Part shown: positions 53,305 to 64,000 of the stretch, piece after piece
Position numbering within the stretch: position 1 is the first letter of the stretch
Layout of the letters: each line of letters starts with the position of its first letter
Source: Eledone cirrhosa
Taxonomy: Eukaryota
DNA: 64,000 nucleotides
Direction of reading: 5' to 3'
NCBI GenBank assembly: GCA_964016885.1
Contig: OZ024740.1
Coordinates: forward strand, 271,498,001 to 271,562,000
Translations under genes and position numbers: made by a program
Notes under the pieces: generated by a model
What the model was told of the DNA's origin: nothing
Seen by the model: only the letters and a program-made list of their open reading frames with translations
Database searches by the model: none

Positions 53305-54870
53305 TTCATCATCATCACCGTTTTACGTCCGTTCTTCCACGCTAGCATGGGTTAGACGGGTTGTCCTGTTGTGGGCAGTGTCTGGTCGGCTGACCATGCC
53401 TTGCTCATACAGGAACTGATCTGGCTTGATTTCTACAGCTGGATGCCCTTCCAAACACCAACCTCATTTACAGTGAGTGCTGGGTGCTTTTTCGTGGCGC
53501 CTACACGTCCACTTTACAGTGTGGGCTGGGTGCTTTTTTGCAGTGGCACCTCCACGACCACCTTGCGGTGGGGGGAGTGGGGGCATATTGTTTATATGCT
53601 TCAGCATGTACCCATGGGAGGTTGAGTACCCTGTATTACTGCGTGACGCCAGAAGTCACGGTCGTGTGTCATTGACTTTGAGAGGTGTAGTTGGGTAAGG
53701 TCGGCTTTTATCACCTCATCCCAAGTCATCTTGGGTCTCCCCACTCCGCGGTTTCCATCAACTTCTAGTGCTCTGCACCTTTTTATGCAGCTGTCATCCT
53801 TCATACGCATCACATGTCCATACCAGCGTAACCGCCTCTCCTGCACGCAGCATTTGATTCCTCTTATGCTCAGTCTCTCTCTCAATTCATTTATGCTTTG
53901 TCGTTCACGTATATTACTGTTACACATCCATCGGAGCATGCAGGCTTCGTTTCTCTCTAATCTACGTAAGTCTTCCACCTTCAGCGCCCAGGTCTCACTA
54001 CCATGCAACATCGCTGTTCGGATACACGCATCATACAGTCTGCCTTTCATTCTGAGGGAGAAGCCTTTTGCAGCTAGCAGTGGTAGTAGTTCCCTAAACT
54101 TCTTCCATCCCGTTCTTACCCTAGTTATTGTACTTTCTGAGCACCCACCTCCGTTGCTAATTCGGTCACCTAGGTAGCAGAAGCTGTCTACTGTTTCTAC
54201 AGGGCCCTCCCAGAGATTGGTGGTACTTGTTTCCTGTGGCTGTTTGCTTGCTGTTTCAGCACAGCTGCTGCATGTGAATCCTACATTCTTAATTAAGCTT
54301 CCTGAGATCCCGCTACATCTCTTGTGTACCCATTGTTTGCATTTGGGGCAGAGAATGGAGTTCCTACCTACACCTTTCCTACATACTGAGCAAGGCCATT
54401 TCCCTGAGGGGATCTGGGTTCTGTTTTCTCGTCTACTTATAAGGACCTTAGTCTTTGTCATGTTGACTTTGAGGCCCTTTCTCTCTAGTCCCTGCTTCCA
54501 GGTTTGGAATTTATTCTCTAGTTCTACCATAGATTCAGCTATGAGTGCGAGGTCATCAGCATACAGGAGTTCCCATGGGCATCCGGTCTTAAACTCCTCC
54601 GTTATTGCCTGCAGGACTATGATGAACAGGAGAGGGCTAAGAACAGAGCCCTGGTGGACCCCAACCTGTACGCTAAATTCCTCGCTATAGTCATTGCTAA
54701 TCCTAACTTTGCTGACTGCTCCCCTATACATGGCTTGTACCGCTTTCACAAGCCATTCATCTACTCCTAGTTTTCTAAGAGCCCACCAGATTACTGCACG
54801 TGGAACTCTGTCAAAGGCTTTCTCAAGGTCGACAAATGCCAAGTAGAGTGGCTTACTTTTAGCTAGGGTC
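53305..54870 (-). mobile_element. 5'-truncated RTE LINE with PHD-like finger inside the RT region; ORF open
   Basis: FVDLEKAFD, GVHQGSVLSP, YADD, CSVC..C..C..HKRC..CSSC, YLGD, RLRWYGH; (GAT)n tail. Confidence 0.9.
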
Positions 54871-55576
54871 GACAAATGCCAATTATAAGATCCAAAATGC
54901 CAATTATAAGATCCAAAATGTCCTTCCCATTTTTTTAACATTTAAGGTGAATTTGGCTGCTATTTCTAAATAAATTGAAAGATGTAGTTAGAAAAATAAC
55001 TTAAATAATGAAAATAATGAAGGATGCAGCAAATCATCATCATGATAATAATAATCATGGTGCGTTTGTTTTTTTTAGGTAGTATTCTCTCATCATTATC
55101 ATCGTTTTAACATCTGATTTTCCCTGCTATCAAGGTTTGGATGAATCTACATAGACCAAGTCAGTACTGAAGCAGTAGCTACTGATCTCCCAGACAAGCC
55201 AGTTATCTTTTGCCTTGCTTATGTAGTCTCAGTTCCACCGAGTGCACAAAATGGAAGGTCCTCTCAACCCTTTGTTTGGCAAGCTTTCTATGGCTGAATG
55301 CCCTTCCTATCACCAACTACTTTACAGTGTGCACTGAATATATTTATCGCGTAGATCACCAACACTAGGGAGGCTGTCATGTCCTTTACATGACTGATGG
55401 CCAAATATACTTCCTAGAATCAACCCTTACTTATTTTTAAATATGGTACTTATTTCACTGATCTTCACCTGTCAAATCACCAAACTGTCAATATAAAAAC
55501 ATATGCAGTTCCTTTACATACAAAAAAAAAAAAAACAAGATGCCGAAATAAAAGAAACAATATTTAAGTTACTGAC

Positions 55577-55669
55577 CATATCAATTTGAGTACTTTCTTG
55601 TAACTGTTGTACATCAAGTGTATCTACTGAGTTATACTGTAAAAGAACAGCCATCTGATAAGTAGAAGC
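55577..55669 (-). CDS. CUL1: Cullin-1 exon
   Basis: AG..GT; [31 protein letters not shown]. Confidence 0.95.
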
Positions 55670-58524
55670 CTGAAAAATAAAGCGTAAATGTTTGATGGTG
55701 CTCCTCTAATATATTTGAAATATATATTTGAAATATTGAGGCAATAAACCAGTTATTGGTATACTATAAAGATGGAATCCCAGAAGAGATAAAATGATGA
55801 GACATTAGCTCAATGGTAGAGTAAGTACTGTGAAAGAAAAATATACCATATATACTCGAATGTAAGCTGACTCCGCTATTTTATGTCAAAGAAATGGGCA
55901 AAAAATTCAAATCCTGTTTACGTAGAATTTAAAGTTTGTGAAAATCATCAAAATATTAACACCAAATATAAGCCCTTCTACCATTGATTTTTTGGTCACA
56001 TATCCCTCAGCTTATATTTCAGTATATATGGTAACTGGTGGATTATTCAAAAGCTACCAGCCATTGGTATACTATAAAGATGAAATTGCAGAAGAGATTA
56101 TAAAATGAGACACTAACTCAATGGTAGAGTACTGTGATAGAAAAATATAACTGGTGAGTTATTCAATAGCTAAAAGCTTGTGTTGGAATAGTAGTTTGAT
56201 ATGTTTTTGTTCTGATGATGTTCATCCCAGCTTCAGTAGACCTATAATCAAGTACATTCAAGCTGTAATCATCAAATTTTTTCTTTTTTTTTTTTGTCTC
56301 TGTCTCCTTCCCTTTTCAAGACAGTAAGGTTTCATTTGAGGGGATATTTGGCTGTTATTTCTAACAGATCGAGCAACTACATAGAAACTTTCTCATTGGC
56401 TTTGATAAAAAGTCACATATAAGTCAACATCAACCTTAAAACGACTGCTCATGTGTTATATAGATCTAATTTATCAGAAATGTGTGGTGCTATCCACAAT
56501 TGATTTTATGATTTCATTAATTATTACAACCCTTTACGTTCTGATTTCAAATTCTACTGAGGTTAACTTTGCCTTTCATTCTTATGGGGTTCGATAAAAT
56601 AAAGCACGGGTAAGTACTGGGGTCAATTTAATCAACTTTCTCGTCCACTTCAAATTGCTGGCCTTGTGCCTAAAGTAGAAACAATTAATAGTAATTAACT
56701 GTACTAAGTATGCTTGATTTAGACAAATCAATATACTGTAGAATATTTACTACAACTATACTTGTTTACATAGATAATTTAAATATCTATGGCTTCCTTT
56801 AAAACATCTTTGCGTCTAAATGTATATATTTATAAAACAAAAGAACCTACATACATATATACACATTCTCATTATTAGAGGGTATTGGCAGTATCAGTAG
56901 AGCGTCGAACATACTTTGTGACACATTGTTACGACATTTAAGTTCAAATATCGCCAAGGTTAGCTTTGCCTTTCATCCTTATGGGGATCAATAAAATAAA
57001 GTGCTTGTAATGCACTTTTTATTGACTTTCCCCTACCCTAAAATTGTTGGCCTTGTGCTCAAATCAGAAACCAATAATTTTTTTTCAGTATGTAAATTTA
57101 TTTTGATTAATTAACACCCCTCCCCCACACACACTTTGTCTATTCAACTAACTGTCATTTCTCGATGTAGATTAGCTTATTAGAGTGTAATGAATATTAG
57201 AATTGATAGAGCATTCTAGAATTGATTGAATTAACAGAGAATTAACAGAACGCTTTGCATTAATGTGTTACATCTTTATGTAATTAAATTAAATCCTACT
57301 GAAATCAACTTTGCCTTAACCCTTTAGCATTTAAACCAACCGGATCCAGCCAGAATTCTCTCATCTTTCTGTGCAACCCGGCTGTTACCGACAGCTCATA
57401 CTTATGTTAAAGTATTGTTCTCAAAATAAATCATATCAAAATCTTGTAGATTCAATATTATGTGGGATAATTATGTAAGGTAAAATGTTTACCATGAAAA
57501 TATAATAGTAAATATAGAGTAACGTAAATGCTAAAGGGTTAAACCTTTCAGAGTTGATAAACAAATATTAAAATTCATGAACTGATTACACCACTCCTTC
57601 ATAATGTGGCCTTGTGTCAGTATGAGAACCATTACCAATGGCAGAGGTGGTAAAGATGGACAACAAAATGTCTGTGTTCAAATCTTGCTGGAGTCATCTT
57701 TACCTTTCTAGAGTAGATTATATAAGTGACAATCAAATAACAGAGTGCTGATATAATCAAATCTATACTCATGGTTACAATCGAGCAGCTTTTATTGATG
57801 TGAAGTCATATTCTGAATGGAATACAAATTGCCCCATCTAATTTATTCAAGGCACAACTACTAATATTATTAATATACTTCTCTACAATTTGCATTCCGA
57901 GATTCAATCCTGCAGTGGCCTATTTAGGTAATAGACAATCTCTCGCATGGTTTAACACCAGAATCTGATCTTTGGGTACCTTTAGCAGAGTCCACAAGGT
58001 ATCTTCAAACTGGAGACCAAGTCTCCAGTTTCTTTCTTAATCCCTCCCAACAGTCTTAACCCTTTAGTTACCAACCCAGCCAAAACCAGCTCTGGTTCTA
58101 TAAAATAAAACCACCCATTTTAAAGGTTTCTAATTTAAATTAAAATCTTCCAACATAATTTTATACAAGAACCTTACATCAAGTTACTATCTTAGTAATG
58201 AGATAATTTTAGTAAATCCCTCAAAACTCTTCATTAATTAAAATAGTGTATTTCATAAGAAATGTGGCCGTGAAAGAGTTAAAGAACCCTGAAAACATAT
58301 GGGTACAGTCATTCCTTCCACTAAACAATACAAAGAAAAAAAATATTTGGATTAGAAAATGTTTTTTGGTTATTTTCGTCATAACATTTTATGACATTTC
58401 AAATACTGTTCCTTAAAATATTCAAATAAGACTACAACAGAAATATATTTTTTCTCCTGACCTAAAACATTAGAAAAATATATCATAGATCAAATATGAT
58501 TAAAATGTCACGAATCTTTCTTAC

Positions 58525-58653
58525 CTGAAAAATATACTTCCTTTTTAAATTAGCAGTCAAGTCACCTTTAGACATGTGATAGACCCAGTTTAACTTTCGA
58601 CCACTGTACTGACCACTGTAGAACGATGTAAATCTTTGGAACGTTTTTTCTAA
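58525..58653 (-). CDS. CUL1: Cullin-1 exon
   Basis: AG..GT; LEKTFQRFTSFYSGQYSGRKLNWVYHMSKGDLTANLKRKYIFQ. Confidence 0.95.
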
Positions 58654-59210
58654 CTGTGGGAAGAGAAAATATAGGTAAAAAAAAGGATTACTGGTCTGTA
58701 TTTCTGAAATAAGTTATTGCTACAACTTCAGCTTTTAAGACAAATCTTTTTTGCATTTATCTACTACACTACATTTTTCTCAGTCAGCCTGATCTCTAAT
58801 TAGTTTGATGTGCCATATATGAGAGGGGGGGGGGGTTAAATAAATGGTTCAATGCTTCATAAGCTCATGTATCCATTAAAAAAAAACTGTTTAACCCTTT
58901 CAAAACAAGACTTTCTTTGAATTAAAAATGTTCAACTATAAAACTACAATCAGACTGAACTGTTTGAACAACTAGTTTCAATTCTCAATATATGAAAAAC
59001 ACTTGATTATTTCATTAAAATAAAATTTATAAGAAAATAACATTTATAACAAAAAAAAATTGTAATTTTGACCTGAAAATGTTAAACCACAAAAAAAAAA
59101 AAATGAATAAGCTAGAAATAATCTAATATATTTTATATGAAGAAAATTTCTTACTGACATTAAGAAAATATTATTTAGCACTGCAAAGCAAGGAACAATA
59201 TAATTCTTAC

Positions 59211-59287
59211 CTCCATAGGTAGATTAAATGATCCAGCTTGTTGAATAGGCCAAGAACCAGATGTTAAAACTTGTATACTGAAATCAA
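59211..59287 (-). CDS. CUL1: Cullin-1 exon
   Basis: AG..GT; (I)DFSIQVLTSGSWPIQQAGSFNLPME. Confidence 0.95.
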
Positions 59288-59970
59288 CTGTGAAAATAGG
59301 AGCAAAATTACATTTTTTTAAGACAGTGTTATAGTTTGCATTGTGGAAAATAATTCACATTTGTATTTTTTCATTCTTAGATTCTATAAAACAAAAAACT
59401 ATATAATGATAAAAATAATTTAAAAAGAAAAGAAAAATAAATCAGCTTGCACAAACCATAGATTCAAATCAATTTTAGGAAAATGTTTTTAGTCTACTAA
59501 GGTAAAGATCCCCTTTGGTCACGAATGACCATGAGATTTGCACGTAGAAAGTTCTCCTCCAAGGCACAAATCCAGGCAAGTTTGTTTGTGGAAGGCCAGC
59601 AATTGCCCATGCATACTAGTCTCCCTTCTCCATGCTGCCGATGTTGTCCACATGAAAGGCCAATACAGCTTGGCACCAGTGGCATTACAACTCATTTCTA
59701 CAGCTGAGTAAACTGGAGCAACAGGAAATAAAATGTTTGCTCAAAGACACAGCACATCACTCAGTCCGGGAATCGAATTCACAACCTCACGATTGTATGC
59801 CAAACGCTCAAACTACTAAGCCATCTGAGCCATGTGCCTTCACAAAAATATCAGTTTAGTCTACTAGTAAAAAGTAAAATACTATTTTATCAAAATCCAA
59901 TAAAATACTATTGGTGTAAGAGGTGATAAGTCATTTTCTAATTCCCTTATGAAAGAAAAACAAAACTTAC

Positions 59971-60091
59971 TGTCTAATGGTTGTGAAGATGCTTGTAGAT
60001 ATCTCTTGAATCTTTCATTAAGATCTTTGCTAACCCCAATATCCTGAAACATTCGCTGAAGCTTCGAGGTGTATTCAAAACCACAGGCTTG
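59971..60091 (-). CDS. CUL1: Cullin-1 exon
   Basis: AG..GT; [40 protein letters not shown] plus A. Confidence 0.96.
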
Positions 60092-60524
60092 CTGGAAACA
60101 AAATATTAAAAAACAAAGTCTTCTTAACCAGGTTTAAAATGTTTCGTAGAAAAGAGAAAAGAACATTTTCAATTTAATTAATCCTAGAGTATTACTGAAA
60201 TGTATAAGCAATGGACAGACAGTTAAGTCTGACAAGAATTGAATCAAAAACAAAATAAAAAGATGAAATTTACAGTTCACACCTATAGAGGTTTAGTTGG
60301 CCTCCTACAAAGTTGAATTTCAATAGAGGTTTCTCAAATATTTTAATAATAGGGGGCCCCAGTTCTATTATAAAAAGCAAAGACTAAACATTTAAAGGTG
60401 TTTATTTTAGTGATATACCATTTCTGCTAGCATGGTATATTACATTTTTTAAGTTGTTATTGCTTTCCAGCAAATTAAAACTCTGAATATTTTAATTCTT
60501 GGTTAAAGTATTTCACTTATATCA

Positions 60525-60710
60525 ATAATTATTTCTACTTTTGGCACAAGGCCAGCAATTACACAGTACATTACTGGTACTTTTATCGACCCAGTAAGGA
60601 TGAAAGGCAAAGTTAACTTCGACGGGATTTGAACTCAAACCGTAAAGGGACGCAATTATGCTAGAAAGCATGGCGTCCAACTCTCTACCGATACTGCCAA
60701 TTCACCGCCT
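60525..60710 (-). mobile_element. tRNA-derived SINE, family A
   Basis: Matches 603-790. Confidence 0.8.
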
Positions 60711-61807
60711 TAATAATACATGAGGGAAAGCAACATAAAAAAAAAAAAATTTTTTAAATTCACATTTCATTTCCTGTGAAAATTAGATGGATTATCTGTT
60801 AGTTTCAACAATATCAGTTCCATGACACAAGGGTAAGCTGAAATCATGCATGCATTAATTTCAACTTCTCAGCTACTGGACCAACATCAATGTCACACTG
60901 CCCTTTCTCTTGTCATGCAGCAAAGCTACAAAATGCTTCAACCATGGAGAGCTAGCTAGTAAGACATCTCAATCCACCCAACTGAATGTCAACCCCAATA
61001 CATCCTGCCTTCCCAACTGGTGCTAACATCTCTCAGAGGGAGTGAGAGTCCTTGAATTGGCTACATACAGGTGTGAGCCAAATCAATGCAGCCATGCACC
61101 AATGAGGGCTGCAACCATCAGCAAGTTGCCAGTGTGGCTTGCCAGAGCAAACTGCTGAACATAAACTAATTGAGTGCCTGCATCTCTGCCCACCTATGAA
61201 TGTGAACCTAACACACCCTAATCCCACTACCATGCATAGTAGTGGGATTAGGATGTATGAGGTTCACATTTGCAGGACAAATAAGTAGGATAAGTAAGCA
61301 GGAAGTTATATACAAGCCACTATTGTAGGGACCAACTCATGGCCATGAGCTGGTTCCAGTGTCTGGGGAATGCCACAGGATTGCTATCTCATATGCAAGG
61401 TGACAACTAAAAGGAATTTAAGGTATATTTGTTTGCTATACACTGTAAAGTGGTCATATTGGTGTGACAATAAAGGCACCCACTCCACACTGTAAGACCA
61501 ATTGGCATTAGGAAAGGCAACCAGCTATAAAAACCAAGCCAGAAACGGTTCTGTGTGAGCAAAACACAGTCATCTGATCTGGCTTGACTCACAACGGGAC
61601 AATCTATCTAACCCACATTAATGTGGAAAATGGACGTTAAACATGATGATAATATATGGAGTAGTTTCAGCATACCTTCTTCCTGGTAAGTAGATTGAAT
61701 TATGCTCTTTCGCAAAGAAAAATACTTTTGGAATTAGCAAAAAATAAAAAACAAGCAGTAAAAGAAGAAAAAAAAATTCATACAAAAAGAATTCATACAA
61801 ATGCTTA

Positions 61808-61975
<168 letters not shown>

Positions 61976-62514
61976 CTAATAAGAAAAGAAAATTTTAAAG
62001 AATATTAAAAGAATCTTCAAATAAGCTTACCATATATACTGGAATATAAGCCAAGGAATATGTGACCAAAAAATAAAGTCAATCGGGCTATTATATGCCA
62101 TTTAATCAACGTGTTAATTAATTGCTTCAGCTTATAAACAGTGTTTGGAATTTTGCCCAATTCAGTCGTAAAAATGTGGGGGGGGGGGGGGGGGGGGGCA
62201 GCAGCTTCAATTCTAGTATATACAGTACATTCCAATTGAGAATAAATTATACAAGATAGGAATTTGATAAAGTCTAAATACTTTGTTCTATATCAATTTT
62301 GTGTTGTACAACCCTAAACATTTTAGTGTATGCAGCATCTAGTTTCTTCTCAAGTGCTTGTATCAGAGTCCATGTACCTAATTCATACAGCAATGCTGGC
62401 TCAACAGATGTTCTGAAGAATGATATTTTGATTATTCTGGGTAGATTTGACACCACACCCTTTCCATTTTGTATAATTCTAGTGCCAATGAAAGTTTATA
62501 TGGAAACTTGCCCA

Positions 62515-63235
62515 ATTTGCGTTGGACAAAGCACGTCTCTAAGATTGTCAAGAAGGCCAAGGGTGTCTTGGCATCACTCAGCAAGACCTTTGTCAGCCGC
62601 TCTCCAGCCATCTATTTAAAGCTGTATACAGCTATGGTACGACCACACTTGGAATTCGCATCATCAGTCTGGAAGCCTTATCTTGCTCAGAACATTGACC
62701 TCCTGGAAACTGTTCAGAGACGTGCAACCAAGCGCATGCCCTCATCAGACACCTACCATACTCTGAACACCTTGCTTCCCTGGGCATGGATTCATTGAAG
62801 CTCCGACGTCTGGCAATGGACTTGGTAAACACCCACAAAATTATTAACCATCTCGCCAACAACAACCCTGAGCACCTTTTTGATCTCCATGTGTCTAACA
62901 CACGTGGACATGCCTACAAAGTCAGAAAACAGCACAGCTCCCATGACTTTCGGAAACATTTTTTCACGCTTAGAGTTGCTGAAGCATGGAACAAACTGCC
63001 TGTGTCAGTTGTTAGCTGCTGAGACACTGCATCCTTTAAAACCCTTATGCTTCCCGAAATTCGCCAAAACTACACCTGATGTCCCCCTTCCATACACATG
63101 CACACACGTGTATATCATGACTCATGCACTGTTCATTTTCCTGACGTTTGTACGTTACCCTATGTACTATACATACACTTTTGATGAGTTGTAGTGCATC
63201 TGAGCACTGTACACAATATTTTCATTATTATTATA
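62515..63235 (+). mobile_element. CR1-clade LINE 3' fragment nested in RTE remnants
   Basis: VRPHLEFASSVW, VQRRATK, LKLRR, TRGH, FFTLRVAEAWNKLP; (TTA)n tail; RTE-like pieces at 62280-62510 and 63240-63310. Confidence 0.8.
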
Positions 63236-63590
63236 ACTACAATTGTTCAAAGACAGTTACGATTTGCACGGCATTACTGGAGAAGTAAGCAGGAAGTTAT
63301 ATGCGAGAACCAACTCATTGGTACCAACACCAGTAATTCACCGAATCACATTATTTATTTATATATATATATAGGAACGATCGACATTCGCCAAATCGGA
63401 ACGAGGAAACAAGGTTTCCATTGGTCTTTCCATTTGCTAATACTATCTATCGGTCGCAACTCCAGGTAGAAGGTGCAACGTGAAATAAAGTGTCTTGCTC
63501 AAAGACATAACGTATCACCTGGTCCAGGAATCAAACTCACAACCTCACGATTGCGAATCCAATTCTCTAACCATTCAGCCACGCGCCTTC

Positions 63591-63639
<49 letters not shown>

Positions 63640-64000
63640 GATCTTTATCAAGTAACTATGTTTTAATTTTTTGTTAAATTTTAAGATGATATTCTATGAA
63701 TGATGCAATCTTACATTCTGTGCAGATTGTCTCTAGTTTAAGTTTGATGTATCTTGATATACACCTATGTGTGTATAGATATATTTCATTCACTTTTTTT
63801 ATAATGATTGAATGCTCAATTTTATTCTCTGAATTTTTTCTGAGATGTTTTAAGAGACAAGACATATGTTTGATTTTATATCAATCAAGACATCCTTAAC
63901 TTTGAATGTAATTATATATATATATATAATAGTAATATATGTGAACAGCAAAGCATAAATGAACTAAGTGAGAAATTAGGAGTAAGAGGGATCAGATGCT

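Noticed and set aside
53601-54941. Host gene nested in a CUL1 intron
   Set aside because: Truncated RTE reverse transcriptase; N-terminus comes from junction duplications
63674-63899. Further upstream CUL1 exon
   Set aside because: ORFs show no cullin similarity; the expected upstream exon is not visible in the window

Overview
AT-rich, microsatellite-dense animal genomic DNA. The SINE/LINE repertoire suggests a mollusc, probably an octopus-like cephalopod; this is inference. The right third holds the last nine coding exons of a minus-strand cullin-1 gene (43517-61975, 323 aa, all GT-AG and in phase), with introns filled by SINEs, MITEs and LINE fragments. The left two thirds are a transposon graveyard: RTE and RLE-type LINEs, tRNA-derived SINEs, Tc1/mariner and Helitron remnants, and many Penelope-like element (PLE) derivatives in (TA)n tracts. 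The most striking structure is a near-perfect 4965-bp palindrome (18321-23285) of two head-to-head, 5'-truncated, uninterrupted PLE RT+GIY-YIG copies joined by a 9-nt loop. The same design, (TA)n / inverted copy / direct copy with or without a short tail / (TA)n, recurs in several 120-700 bp non-coding mini-elements. About a dozen type I hammerhead-ribozyme motifs of varied architecture can be read by eye in these elements. A 200-N gap lies at 41975-42174. All calls are by eye, without database searches or folding software.
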